Assembly (NCBI GenBank): GCA_964016885.1
Contig: OZ024741.1
Coordinates: forward strand, 351,912,001-351,976,000
DNA: 64,000 nucleotides
Reading direction: 5' to 3'
Source of the DNA: Eledone cirrhosa
Taxonomy: Eukaryota
Positions within the stretch are counted from its first letter, which is position 1. Each line of letters begins with the position of its first letter. The position numbers and the translations under genes were made by a program. Shown piece after piece: positions 50,201 through 64,000 of the stretch. The notes under the pieces were generated by a model that worked only from the letters and a program-made list of their open reading frames with translations, had not been told where the DNA came from and did not search any database.

Positions 50201-52460
50201 TCTCCGATCTCCTCAAAGCACTCTACTGCAACTGGCAGCAGAATGGGAGTATTCCCAGTTCTGTGAGCAGGGGAGTGGTGACGCTGATAAGGAGAGATGA
50301 GAACAAGAGAGATACATTAGACAACTTCAGGCCCATAACTCTGCTCAACACAGAGTTTAAGATTTTGACCATGGTGTTAGCAAAGAGATTGGCGCTTGTC
50401 GTCGAGGATTTGGTTGGGAAGGTGCAAACTTGCGCAATCCCAGCCAGGTCCATACACGACAATCTCCACCTCATGCGACACATCATAGAGAGGGTAGGGT
50501 GCAAACCTGGCTTCGGTGGGGCAATGATCAATTTAGATCAATCGAGCATTCGATAGGGTCGACCATCGGTATCTGGAGTTTGTCCTCAAAGCAGCTGGCT
50601 TCGGCCCTGTCTTCAGAAGCTGGATCGCTGCAATACACAGTGGCACATGCTCGGTGGTCAAGGTTAATGGCCACCTCTCAGAATCATTTCGGCTCTCCCG
50701 ATCGGTCCATCAAGGGTGCCCTCTCTCTTCCCTTCTGTACGTATTGACTCTCGAGCCTTTACTGCAGAAGCTGGAGCAAGGCATCCCGCTTGAACCGGGA
50801 CGTGGAAAGGCGGTGTCGGCTTATGCGGACGACATCACCGTGATGGTGTCGAACACCTCAAAAATCGAGGTGGTCGGCACCTTATTAAAGGAATATGAAA
50901 GGTTGACAGGAGCCAAACTAGACCCGGAAAAGTCGGTGAGCTTGCAGCTCAGAACCTGGAGAGGCAAGTCCATGCTGTCCAACAGCATCGTGGGGTGCTG
51001 GACGGATGGACCGGTAAAGTTGCTCGGAGTTTGGTTCGGACCAGACCTCCAGGTGGAAAAGAATTGGGACGAGGTAACGAGCAGAGTAGCCAGTCTCACC
51101 CAAAAATGGACTGGGAGGAAGCTATCACTGAAAGGTCACGCGAAGGTGGCGAATACGTACATCGCGTCCGTCATCTACTACCGCCTGACCTTCGTGCCTT
51201 CTTGCCCCCGTCCGCGCCTCAATGGTTCCTCTTCAAATTCTTGTCAAGGGGTCAGGTTCCGCTGGTGAGGCGGTCCATCTGCTGCCAGCACCCTCTACGT
51301 GGAGGGCTGGGCATGCCGTGGCTAATGATGCGCAGGCATGCGCTTAGGCTGCGGCATCTCCAGATATTCTGCCTAAAGGGTGAACAGGTGTGGTCGTCGT
51401 TTATCAGATGGGCCTTTCCGCAGCTCATTTCTTTGACTGAGCTGCAGTCCTGGGTCAAGAAGAGACCGAGACTGGGTGACTGGCACCTGGAATGTTGCCA
51501 GGCACTCACTGCCCTCTACCAAGCGGGCAATGCTATCAGTGGAACTTCCACTCTCGAGTTCTATAGAGGATTAGTGGTGGGCAAGTGCGATGACGCATTC
51601 GGAGAAGCTTTGGGCCTCGACAAAGTCGAACTGACCAGTCTGTACCGGAGGACTTTTGAGCCAGGGACGGTGGACAATTTCCAGAAATCCCTCGCTTGGC
51701 AGTGCTATCGGGGGCACTGCCGGTTCGGGATAAACTCTACAGGCACGGAGGTGCTGTCAGACGAACCTGCCCAAGATGCGCACAGAACGACGAAACCGTT
51801 CTGCACGCACTTGTCCAATGTCCGTGCATTACTGACTTGTGGAGTTATGTCAAACAACTACTGTCGCGTGTGGAACGAATCCAGCTATCGGCCGAGTCCA
51901 TAGTGAAGATCGACCCGCCATCTTCCTTAGCTCAGGAAGAGCAGGAAATTTTCCTGTCTGGTGGCAGTTGCGAAAGAGGTTATATGGTGGACCAGATTAA
52001 AAGGACTGAAGACAGACACTTTTCTCTTCGGCCAATCCCTCATCAACTTCTTCAAGTTTCACCTGGAAAGGAAGGTGAGGGTGGAGAGAGAAGTGCTGCC
52101 CCGCAGTACATTTTCCTAAAAGGTGGATGAATGTGGCAAGAATGGCTCGTGTGAATGGACCTACTCTGACTATGCGCCTATAGGCTAGCTAACTTGAGGA
52201 GATGCGTGCTCTCCCTGGGTGCCCTAGAAGCGCAGGGTGGTTCAGGATTGGTGGGCTACCCGAGTCACCCCAGGGTCGTCCACCCTCTATTGGGGAATTT
52301 ATTTTGTTATATTTATGCATAGTTTATTTTATATTTTTATATCTTCATTGTTAAATTAGTCTTGCCATTGTACACTTTTACTCGACCTTATTGTAAACCC
52401 CCACTGTCTCTGACTTTGTATTGTCTCCTACATGTCGGCCCTTGTGGCTAATAAATGAAA
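47278..52460 (+). mobile_element. Near full-length Tx1-clade LINE (decayed ORF1 region ~47550-48740; ORF2 48774-52181)
   Basis: MAILRVGSLNVRSL, AVSETR, VYAPTG, YSDHKF, KSPGLDGLPYE, NFRPITLLN, SAYADD and a C-terminal CPRC finger. Ends AATAAATGAAA. The 5' boundary is uncertain. Confidence 0.88.
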
Positions 52461-54910
52461 TATCCGGTCTCTGGTGGACCATGACGGGCGCATGCTTTTC
52501 AGCAACACTTCGCTCAGCTGTTCGGGGGCAGCGGCGGGCGGGATCGAGGGAGAGACTTTAGTGTCTACCTCAACGGACTGCCGCGGCTCTCGGCCACTGA
52601 GGCGGAGTGTTGCGAAAAGCCGATAACAGCAGCTGAAGTAAGGGAGGCAATGACTGGCTGGACAAGGGATAAATCGCCTGGTTTGGATGGTCTGCCCTAT
52701 GAACTTTACGTACAGATGCCAGACTTGTTTGGAGGCCTCTTGGCGGACGTCTACTGCAACTGGCAACAGAACGGGAGAATTCCCAGCTCTGTGAGCCGGG
52801 GAGCGATGGCGCTGCTGAAAAAGGATCCGAACAAGGGGGATAACATAGATAATTTCAGGCCCATAACTCTTCTAAACAGAGAGTTCAAGATTTTGGCCAA
52901 GGTGCTAGCAAAGAGGTTGGCGCTTGTCGTTGGTGGTCTGGTAGGAGAGGCGCAGACATGCGCCATTCCCGACAGATCCATCCACGACAACCTCCACCTC
53001 ATGCAATACGTCGTGGAGCGGGTAGCTCGGGAACCTGGCACGGGTGGGTCCTTGATCAATTTAGATCAGTCAAAAGCTTTCGATAGGGTTGACCATCGTT
53101 ATCTGGCAGCAGTCCTGAGGGCGGCTGGCTTTGGGCCCGTCTTCAGAGGCTGGATCACTGCCATGCACAGCGTCATCTGCTCTGTGGTGAGAGTGAACGA
53201 TCACCCCTCTTGTACGTATTGACTCTCGAGCCATTACTGCACAAACTGGAAACGTTGAGAGGGGTCCCGCGCGAACTAGGATGTGGAAGATCCGTGTCAG
53301 CATATGCGGACAATGTCACCGCAGTGGTGTCGAACGCCAAACACATCGAGGCGATCGGCACTACACTAAGAGAATACGAAGTGGTGACAGGTGCAATGAT
53401 CAACCAGGAAAAGTCGGTGGGCCTGCAGCTCGGCACCTGGAGAGGCAGGTCCATGCCGTCCAACGGCATCGTCGGGCGCTGGACGAACAGACCAGTTAAA
53501 TTGTTAGGGGTCTGGTTCGGTCCGGACCTCCAGACGGACAAAAACTGGGATGAGGTGACAAGCAGGGTGGCTTCTCTCACCCAGAAATGGGCGGAGAGGA
53601 AGCTAACCCTGAAAGGTCGAGCGGAGGTGGCTAACGCATACATTGCGTCCGTCATCTACTACCGCCTGACCATCGTGCCTTGTCCTAAGCCTCGCCTGAC
53701 TGCGCTGGAGCATTTGCTCTTTCGCTTTTTGTGGAAGGGACGCGCTCCAATGGTCAGGCGGTCCATCTGCTGTCAACACCCGCTACGTGGAGGGCTGGGC
53801 ATGCCGTGGCTAATGATGTGCAGACATGCGCTCAGGCTACGACATCTCCACCTCTTCCTCGACGGTGATCAGGTGTGGTCGCCGTTTGCTAGACACATCT
53901 TTCCCCAGCTCGTCTCCTTAATGGAGCTGCAGTCCTGGTCAAGCGAAGACCAAGAGGGAGCGCTTGGAGACTGGAATGTCTTCAGGCGCTCACAGCCCTC
54001 GACCAATCGGGCAATGTGATCGGTGGAAACTCCACCTCGGCGTTCTATAGAGGATTAGTGGAGGGGAAGAGCGACGACGTACTTGGGGAAACTCTAGGCA
54101 TCGACGAAAATCAACTAGCCAATCTCTTTGGAAGAACTTTCGGGCCGGGGCCTATGGACAACTTCCAGAAATCCCTGGCCTGGCAGTGCTACCGAGGAGC
54201 TTTGCCAGTTCGGGATAAACTCTACAGGCATGGAGGTGCCGTCAGCCGGGCATGTCAGAGATGCGCGCAGGGCGACGAAACCGTCCTGCATGCACTCGTC
54301 CAGTGTCCGAGCATTGCTGACTTGTGGGTTTATGTCGAACACCTGCTGTCGCGTGTAGGATGGATCCAGCTATCAGCTGAGTCCATCATGAGGATTGCCC
54401 CGCCCTCTTCCTTTAGCCGGGAAGGGCAGGCAGTTTTTATCTGTCTGGTGGCCATGGCGAAAGAGATAGTATGGTGGACACGTTTGAAAGGGCTGAAGAC
54501 AAGCACTTACCTCTTCGGTGATGCGCTGATTAACTTTTTCAAATTTCATTTGAAAAGGAAAATCAGGGTAGAGAGGGAAGTGCTCTCTTCCCAGCATTTT
54601 GTTGAAAGATGGGTGAGCGAGGCAAGAATGGCTCGAGTGAATGGGCCTACTCTGAGTATGTGTCTGTAAATTAAAAGTGGAAAACTGGGAGAGGGCACTT
54701 GCCCTGGTGGTCAGGGTCACTGTGGCTTTTTAATGGGCTTTCTCCACGAATGTCCCTCGGAAGTCTCCCCCGTATTGGGGAATTTTTCATTGTTATTTTT
54801 TTGTTACATCCTCTGTTTTTGTTTTTTACACGCAGAAATGCCCATTTGTACCATCCTGTACTGTCCTTAATGTCTACTTTGTGTTAATCCTTGTGATTAA
54901 TAAAGAAAGC
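52461..54910 (+). mobile_element. Tx1-clade LINE 3' half (diverged subfamily), directly abutting the previous copy
   Basis: ORFs 52650..53222, 53210..54019 and 54016..54669 encode RT and the CQRC finger. Ends AATAAAGAAAGC followed by (ATT)n. Confidence 0.9.
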
Positions 54911-55726
54911 ATTATTATTATCATTATTACTCTTCTTTTTCTTATTATTATTATCGTTACTATAAATAAAGCATCATTAATTCACTGGGGTCGATTTAAT
55001 CCACTTTCCCCTCCCCAAAAATTGTTGGCCTTGTGCCTATTGAAGAAATCATTATTATCATTTTTATTATTGTTACATCTATTCTTCTGCCACCCCTATG
55101 CGCTCCTTTTGAATTGTCTTTAATGCTGCCAGTACAATCCATTAGTAATGACTAATTTAATTATCCCACCTCCCATCACTGTCCCTAACCCTATACACAC
55201 ACAAATACACACTCCACCACACCCTGAAAATTTTGTGACTATTCTTAACTAATCTATATTGATTATACTCAACCACCACCAGCATCAATATATGTGTGTA
55301 TGTGTGTATATATATATATTGTATTCCACCTGGTAGTAGTGGGGCTGATAACGTTGTTAGAAGTCAATGTGTCCTTGGAAAGATGGTTACAGCAAGATTA
55401 GGTGGTGTGACCAGTAGTTTTTGTAGTAGGTGACAAGTGCTTAAGGTTTTCTTGAGGAAGAAAACCACCCAGGTTACAGTCATTTATATACATGTGTTTA
55501 TGTATAGAACAATGAAAACAAGACAGAAGTCAGAGATAGGGAAGTTAATTAGTTCATTGCTTTACAATCGTTCCACTGAACTGAAGAAGATGGTTGATTG
55601 AACAGGAATTTTGAGACTAGATAACCTAACCACTACCATGCTAGTCGTCATCAATCTTCCACAATCAATCGACCACTGACTTCTGTCTTGTTTTCATTCT
55701 ACACACACACAACATATATGTATATA

Positions 55727-56209
55727 TAATGTTTCCTCTATTATAAGACCTACTCCAAAAAATAAGCCTCTGCATGATTTTTATGTTGCTCTCGAAAATA
55801 AACTCTAGTGCAGAGAGAAATCTGCATAGTAACTTTGTGAAATCTAGCCTGCAAGAGGATACTTGGGTAAAGAATGGTGAGAATAAAATAACCGAGAAGT
55901 GTGTCATCAATGCTCTATGAGCAACTACAGAATATTTGGACAAGAAGTATCCATTTGAAGAGAGTCACATTGCCAAATACAAAAAGTTTGGACCTTTCGT
56001 TCTACAGGAATTACGATCACAAGAACAAACTGTTGATGTTCAGGATTTGAATCTAGGGAGTGATGACAATATTTGAATAAATGCATCTTTTATTTATACC
56101 TTTATCAAAACTCTTATGCTCCTATTTTTGTGTAAACATATAAGCCCTAACCCAAAAATAAACTTAGTACCTTTTTTGAGGGGAAAATAATATAAGACGG
56201 GAAACATTA
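55727..56209 (+). mobile_element. pogo/Tigger-like (Tc1/mariner) deletion derivative
   Basis: Ends TAATGTTTCC...GGAAACATTA in a TA context, with subterminal ATAAGACC/ATAAGCC repeats. Interior KSSLQEDTWVKN...ITEKCVINAL resembles a pogo transposase C-terminus. Confidence 0.55.
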
Positions 56210-56243
56210 TATATATATTATATATATATATATAATATGCTTT

Positions 56244-56382
56244 CCAGCATAGTTACGTCCCTTTACGATCTGAGTTCAAATCCCGCCGAGGTTGACTTTG
56301 CCTTTCAATCCTTACGGGGTTGATAGAATAAAGTACCAGTAATGCACTGGGTAATTGCTGGCCTTGTGCCTAAAGTAGAAAC

Positions 56383-56385
<3 letters not shown>
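56244..56385 (+). mobile_element. SINE family A (5'-truncated)
   Basis: Core and tail match the other copies. Confidence 0.78.
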
Positions 56386-56426
<41 letters not shown>

Positions 56427-57194
56427 TACTAGTATAGAACCAGGGTTTATAGTAAAATATATTTAATAATTCCTTGAATAAAACATTCTACATAAAGATG
56501 CTTGAATCCTTGCTTTTCCTTGACCTTCTCCCTCGTTACTCTGGTCATTACTGTATTTCATTTTACATTTAGCTAAATCAATTATAATAATTTTCTTCCA
56601 CGTTTTTTAAAAATCTCTATCAACCATAGATGTATAAATTACATGACTTTGTTCTATCTATCTTTGGATTGTTACTGGGATAAGTGGCTTGTTGTGATTA
56701 TTGGAACACTAGTAAAAAAAAATAGACACAGGCAAATAGATAGGGAAGTCAGTTGGTATATAGATAGACAGGTAAAAAAAAACCAGACAGATAGATATAC
56801 AGATGTTTTTATTGTCCTGAAATAGAGAAATAGCTAAAGATAGCAATAGTTGACCTGCTTGTCAACACTGTAAGAGAGAGAAAACAAGGTGGGGAGAAAT
56901 ATATCAAATTATCATATCCCTGTTAAAGTTAGCACAAAGTGGTTGTCATTTGACCTTGTAATTTATTATAAAGATAATAAGCACTCAATACGCAGAGTGT
57001 AAATCAAATTTTCTGAAGAGAAAAATGGCAATGACTCTGAAATTTCAGTTTGGTTTCTTTATCTGGCTGTATTTTGTGACAAGAATGATAGACAGTATAA
57101 ATAAGCATATTTGTGTACGTGTGCGTGCATGTGTGTGTGTTGTGTATCTGTCTGTATATATATGCCTGTGTCATGCCAGATGGGTCATAAACAC

Positions 57195-57587
57195 TTCCCC
57201 AGTAGAGTTTTCCATATTGTGTAACCCACATCAGTGAACTATCTATCTGCCCCTGTCTCTAGTGTCCAGGTTTCCCCATATTGTGTAACCCACAACAGTG
57301 AGATATCTACCTCTGTATCTAGTGTTCAAGGTTTCCCATATTGTGAAACCCACAGCAGTGAGATATCTACCTCTGTACCTAGTGTCCAAGGTTCCTCATA
57401 TTATGTAACCCACAACAGAGAGATATCTATCTCTACTTCAGTGGCTTGTGTCCATGGTTCCCCATACTCCATAACCCACAACAGAGAGATATCTACCACT
57501 GTGCCTGCTTCTTGTTTCCAAGGTTTGCTATATTGTTTAACCCACAACAGTGAGATATCTATCTCTACTTCTTTCTCTTGTGTCCAG
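57195..57587 (+). repeat. ~60-66-bp tandem repeat, about 6 copies
   Basis: Recurring CCCATATTGTGTAACCCACAACAGTGAGATATCTACCTCT. Confidence 0.9.
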
Positions 57588-59820
57588 TTTAGGCTTAATA
57601 CCTGGGCGAAAAGTTCCCTGATAAATATATACTTCTAAATATTTAAAAAAACTTTTCCATTTGTGAGGTTCAGTGTGTGTTTGTATGGGTATTGGTATGT
57701 ATGTGCGTATGTGAGGTGGGTATGTATGTGTGTATGTGAGGTGGGTATATACATGTGTGTGTGTGTGTAAGAAAGTTTATATCACTCCATCATTATCACT
57801 ATATTTCTTCAGTATTTGACGTCATCATCATTGTCCTCATCAGTATCCTCACACAACACCACACCACCACCTCACAACTACCACTACCACCACCATACCA
57901 TCACACCACACTACCATCATCATCACAAGATATATTGCAGTATCAGTTGTCATGTAGTAGTGATAAATATTCCAACATTAAAATATGGAAAAGGTCAATG
58001 TATTGTGGGAAATTTCTGCTTTTTTTGTTTCTTCTCTTGAAAATCAAATTCGAATATCGGAATATCTTTATTTGTAACTTGGCCTTTCATCTTTTTTTCA
58101 AAGACTTTTGTATAGCACTATTGTTGTTGTTGTTATTATTAGTAGTAGTTGTTTTATCATTGTTATTGTTATTATTATGTAGTACTAATAGTAGTATCAT
58201 CATAATTATCATCATTATTATGCATTATTGATAATTTTATTTATCATTACTGTTTTTGTTATCATCATTATTCTTATTATTGATGATGATGAGGATGATG
58301 ATGGTAGAGCTGGTGGTCATATTATTTTTTTCATTTTTTTTAAACTCTCAGCATTTTTCCAAAATAACTTTGGAATTTAATGTAATTCAAAAGAAACAGC
58401 AGATGTGAAATAACCTTCAAAGAGCAGAGCAATGATGGTAGTAGGGATGGAGGTGGTAGTGGCAGGGAGGGAAGTGGTGGTGGGGAGGAGAGCAGTGGCG
58501 ATGGTGGGGAGGATGGAGGTGGTGGGAAGGGTAGTGGTAGTGATAAGGAGGTGGAGGATAGAGTTGCTATTGTGTCAGCAAAAGTTGAAGTTCTCACATC
58601 CAGCCTCTCAACAACATAGATATTGTTGAAGGATAGAATCAAAGTATAGTATTCCAGGAATAAAAGAATAAAGATTAGGAAGACTGACTGCCTACATTCC
58701 TTTCTTTATGTCTATATTTGAAGCCCCACCTTATATGTTAAGGAGATTTCATTAAACATTTTGATACCAAAACACCTGAGACTCCCCCAATGTCTATGAT
58801 AGGACATTCTTTGTTAAAATGTTTATATTTATCTGAAACATTACTAACATAATTTTATGTAAGAACTTTTGTTAAGTTATGTTCCAAACACTAGATAAGC
58901 AACGAGAAAGCAAATTATATTACTAAATCCCACCAAATTCTTGATTATTTTCAAGATGACTTGGAAATCATAGGCAGTGTCTTCCATTAGAAATAGGGTA
59001 ATAAAATATATATATATATAGTATGTATATACACACATCTAAACATACTAGCGGTAGTACTTGACATTACTTGGGAAAGAGGAGAATTTCTTCGAAAATA
59101 ATAATTGCAACTCTACATACATATATTATTTGAAATATCTATAATGTTCCACAAATAGAAATCAATAAGTAATAGATTAAAATAAGTGCTGGCATCAATA
59201 TGACTGCTGAAACTCCTTAAGACTTTACCCCTATATGTCCAGTTGAATGACTTGAAACCAAACCAGCCTTCTTCTCTCATATGAGTTGTCTCAGGATGTA
59301 GTCATTCACTGATAGCGATCATTTTTCAGAGCCCACCATGGGAAGGTCCACAAACTAATTTATTTTTATTGTTATTGTTCATTTGCTTTGCTGATTGTAC
59401 ATATATGGAATTCAAACATCACTGTCCCTCACCACCCATAAACATGGCTGAAATTGCATCTCACAAGGCCAGAAAGTACTTTATCCCACTACCTAACTTT
59501 CTGATCCTGTTCAGGTAAAAATCGATAAAGGAGTAGTGCTCCCACATTTGGGATAGTGCTGCCACCACAAGGTTATCGCCTATATTATCTCCTTATAATA
59601 TATAACCAGCAATTTCTCTCTCTCTCCAGCTATCCCTCTCTTTTAGTCTGTCTGTTTCTCTCACTCTCACTCTTTCTCTTTGTAACACACTAACATTCCT
59701 TCCCTCTATCACTGTGACGAATGGGGAGATGGAGGAGGAGGAGGAGGAGAGAGTCACTTCGTCACTTCACCTCTGCCTTTCTTTCTCTCCCCTCTCACTC
59801 CCTCATTACGTACAGACATT

Positions 59821-60012
59821 AGGGCGGTGGATTGGCAGAATCTGTAGAGAGTCGGACACCATGCTTCATAGCATGGAGTTACGTCCCTTTACGGTCTGAG
59901 TTCAAATACCGCCGAGGTTAACTTTGCCTTTCATCCTCACGGGGTCGATAAAATAAAGTACCAGTAATGTACTGGGTGATTTGCCGACCTTGTGCCAAAA
60001 GTAGAAACAATT
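59821..60012 (+). mobile_element. SINE family A, full length
   Basis: Head, core and tail match 47071-47260. Confidence 0.8.
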
Positions 60013-60207
60013 ATTAGAAACATTGCTTCATTTTTACATATCTAAGCATTAGTAAAATAACTAATAATTTCAAAAGTAATTTTTCAATTCCAATTGTTAT
60101 GAACAGCAAAACATTAATAATAATTTTGTTCTAAGAAATATATATACATTTCTGTGTGTGTAATATATATATATACACACAGAAATATATATACATTTCT
60201 GTGTGTG

Positions 60208-60260
<53 letters not shown>

Positions 60261-60803
60261 GAGAAATATATGGGCATTTCTCTGTTTGTCTGTCTGTCCT
60301 TCCCTAAAACTCAAATGTAGGTGCTACAAAAATATTACCTTCCCCTTCCTTTCTCCACTTTGGTACTACCAAGAGAAACACTGTCGCTATAGAAACATTA
60401 CCTTCCCCTATCCACTGACTTTGGTCACTGAGGCCGAGGGAATCGCTGGTTGCTATAGAGACACCTTGCACAAGCCAGAAGTAACCAATTCGAGGCGGTT
60501 CTGACTTGACACCATGCCAAGGACCATTTGAAGATATATTTCCATCGTTATATCATAACGTTTATGTATCATAACGTTTATATTTCCGTCACTAATCTCT
60601 TTTTCTCCTTTTTCGTTTTAACATATATTTATTTCAAAGATTTCACTGTATAGATAACATATATATTTATACATGCATAAAAGACACACCGAGAGACGGT
60701 GAACATGTGGTGCCGAAAACATTTCTCATGCAAATCTCAACAATATTAGTATATACACTAGATTTGCTAGCAGAAAACCACCCACCGGGTGGTTTTCTGC
60801 TAG

Positions 60804-61856
60804 TCTATATATATAAAACTGAGGATGTCTGTCTGTATGTGTATGAGTTTGAATCCCTAAAACTCAAGAACTACCCACCAACTGTTTTCAAACTTTACAC
60901 ATGTAATACTTATGTTTCAGGGAGTGTTCTGAGCAAAGAAAATTTCAAATTTTCAATGCCCTAGGGACCGCATTAGGCGATTTAGCGATCTCCCTCTATA
61001 ATTCTTAGTCTTTCTCTTTTTAGATAGATACATACATATAACGTAGCGCCCTTATGATATCTGTCTGTATGTCTGCATTACGTCACTTCCCACAATTCCC
61101 TCTTAGTCCAGAATGCGCCCTTATAATATCTGTCTGTATGTCTGGCTGTCTGCATCGCACTCAGCGCGTCAATGTATGGCTGTTAAATGGACCGCGAACG
61201 CATTCTGATTCATTCTAAAGGCTACCAGTGGAAGCAACCGTAACACTCTCCAAATGTCAGAGAACGCAGTCAAAGTCACTATTAAGGGGTACAAGTGAAC
61301 GCTCACATGGCCCTTTTTAGGGCCACCACATGAAATTGTTGATGGTTACCCCTCCTTACTGGGGTGTCAGTGAACGGCTTACAAGGCCCTTTTAAGGGCC
61401 CTTGAAATAACTGATGGCGACCCTTTCGTTTAGGGCTGCCAGTGAACACGCACGTTTCGGGGCTTATTTTATTGCACCATTCCTCTTTAAATTTGTTAAA
61501 TTATATGCACAGTTTGGTAAACGTTTGTCCAGTTGCGTTTACTTACTAAGGTGCGGTGGACTCCTTCGAGAAGGCTCCATATGCTGTCTGATTGCACGTC
61601 ATGCCTTGCTCAAGCATTGCAGACTTTCCTCTGACCTAAGTGATGACATCTGTCCTGCCACTTTATTAAAGTACAAAAGCACCAAGCCGATTTTCTCCAT
61701 GTTGAAGGAGAAGCATACCTAATACTAATTGCATCAGAGTATTCGGTTTATTTTCTTTACATATTGTCCAGGCATGCAGTTTTTCCACGATTAGGTCTGT
61801 TGGCGGCTCGCGTTCCAAAATATCTTATCCCATGCAACGCCTGGTACCACTGCTAG
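60804..61856 (+). mobile_element. Non-autonomous Helitron-like element
   Basis: 5' end TCTATATATATAAAACTGAGGATGTCTGTCTG. 3' end CCCATGCAACGCCTGGTACCACTGCTAG. Confidence 0.72.
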
Positions 61857-61859
61857 TAT

Positions 61860-62204
61860 CATCATCATTTCATTTCATTTCATTTTACGTCCGCTTTTTC
61901 CCTGCTTGCAAGGGTGGGACAGGAACTGATTCTGGCTTGATTTCTACAGCTGGATGCCCTTCCTAACACCAACCTCATTTACAGTGAGTACTGGGTGCTT
62001 TTTTGCCGTGGCACCTCCACGACCACTTTGCAGTGGAATGATAGGGACCCCAGTCCCTATCATTTCATTTCTACAGCTGAGTAAACTGGAGCAATGTGAA
62101 ATAAAGTGTCTTGCTCAAGGAAACAACACATCACCCAGTCTGAGAATTGAACTCACAACCTTTCGATTGCAAGCCCAATGCTCTAACCACTAAGCCATGT
62201 GCCT

Positions 62205-62206
<2 letters not shown>
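61860..62206 (-). mobile_element. SINE family B, full length
   Basis: Minus head TGGCTTAGTGGTTAGAGCATTGGG...GAGTTCAATTC (A and B boxes), CORE-like body and RTE-B-type tail. Confidence 0.82.
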
Positions 62207-62244
<38 letters not shown>

Positions 62245-62887
62245 CCATGAGACCGAAAAAATAATTCAGTGTTCTTTGTTTGCTCTGTAGTCTCTCAGAT
62301 TTCTGTTTCCACACATTGACTAATAGGTACATATGTGTCTTGTAAATTATTTATTTGTCTATGTGATCACATTCATTGTTACATTTGTGTGTGTTTGTGT
62401 GTGTGTGTGTGTTTGTGTGAGTATGTGTAGGTGTGTGCAACTATTGTCATATATGTCTGTGTCTGTGAAGGCAAGCGTTTGTAATGACTTCTCATAATGG
62501 TGGACTAAACTTTTATCTACTAATTAATAATATGAGTATAAGCTTTTTTTAGTTCATGGTATTTGGTGGGAATTATTTTATGCAAACGAGCAAGTGTTTA
62601 AAAGTACTTAAATCAAAACATTTTTACTGTAGAATGAACTATAAACATACACACACACATGCACACCCACACATATATATTAAGTATTTGAGAAACACCG
62701 TCTATAAACTAGGTGATGTTTAAGAGAATACAAGTATGGGAGAGAAATAAAAAGGAAATTATATCTAATCGCCATTAGATGGAAATTCTCTTTCAAATTC
62801 AGCAGAATTATCTGTGGAATTTCAGTCTGCTTTTCTACAAGATTATTATTATTATTTTTTCATGTCTACATTTATCTCTATATTCTC

Positions 62888-63802
62888 TCTATATATATAA
62901 AACAGAAGATGTCTGTCTGTGTGTGTGTATGATTTTTATGCATTTCCACATTTCTCTACCGATATTGATGATTTTTTTCCAATGTGCTCCAAATTTACCA
63001 ACGATGGTCAACGTGTAATAAATTTTGCCAAAAATGTTCTGCTTCTATGAAAAAAATCGATAAAACTAAATACATGCTGTAACCCTCTCTCTTACACGCT
63101 TAATCCCTCTCTCTACTACCCCCCAAAATCGATAAAACTACATACATGTTGCAACTCTCTTTAAAAGGTTCATCCCTCCCTCTACTCCCCTCTCAATCTC
63201 CTCTGCAACTCTAACAGCGACAAAACTTCGTTCAGGAACGCAACATAAACTTTGAAAACTAAGCAACATTTATACAACAAACATAGTCATAATGACGCTC
63301 ACCATTACATTTTACATCAAATAACAAATAGTCAAAAGCAACAGATGAATTTATAGAACAACAAACGTAGTCATAACGACGCTTAAGCATTTATTTACTT
63401 GAATCTCAACAGACATATTTTATTGTTGTCCTTTTTGTAATTTTATTTCTTTGTTTTTAGCAATATGAAACAAAAAAATAATGAGAAAACTTTTTTCAAG
63501 AACGTCCGATTTTGATGATTTTTTTCCAGTGTGCTCCAAATTATCGCCCCTATTTACGCTCTTTTGTGCTATAACTCAGACGAGCTTGGCTTACAGGTTT
63601 GACCTACTATTTGACGTGCATTCTTCATACAACTTACTTAGTACTCACTTTCCACTTATTCACTGCTCAATTGAAATTTTTCGCCCCCCCCTCCTTGCTT
63701 ACCCATATTTACTTTCTTTGCCTCAATAATCATAATTGAGTGGAATCATTAAAAGTACTTTAAAGCAATTAAAATGCGAGCAACGCCAGGCACTTCTGCT
63801 AG
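62888..63802 (+). mobile_element. Non-autonomous Helitron-like element
   Basis: 5' end TCTATATATATAAAACAGAAGATGTCTGTCTG. 3' end GCGAGCAACGCCAGGCACTTCTGCTAG. Confidence 0.7.
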
Positions 63803-63927
63803 TTATATATATATATATGTGTGTATATATCCATACACATACATCTGTGTGTGTATGTGTGTGTGTATATATATATATATCCATGCCAGTGTGGAAAATT
63901 AAACGGTGATAATGATATATATATATG

Positions 63928-63974
<47 letters not shown>

Positions 63975-64000
63975 TCATCACCGTTTAACATTCATTTTGC

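Noticed and set aside
62135-62206. tRNA-like sequence
   Set aside because: It is a SINE head continuing into a repeat body, not a tRNA gene.

Overview
This is an AT-rich animal genomic window made almost entirely of repeats. The (AT)n/(CAT)n microsatellites and the SINE/LINE types suggest an octopod or other coleoid cephalopod, which is my inference. I found no confident host protein-coding exon, so the window is probably intergenic or part of a giant intron. It contains RTE-clade LINEs (one near full-length, with a PHD-type zinc finger inside the RT), four Tx1/L1-clade LINE copies and three Penelope-like GIY-YIG remnants. It also holds a decayed Copia element, a solo LTR, three non-autonomous Helitron-like elements, two DNA-transposon derivatives and two SINE families. 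The most notable signal is a set of type-I hammerhead ribozyme (HHR) motifs folded by eye. The best is a non-coding 464-nt tandem unit at 13.4-14.6 kb with two identical HHRs, a candidate retrozyme or circRNA element. Several fold-back hairpins also carry HHRs, some with the U3-A8 core variant. Other highlights are an apparent TATC target preference of the Tx1 family and a consensus recursive-splice site with a candidate RS-exon at 27.4-27.7 kb on the minus strand.
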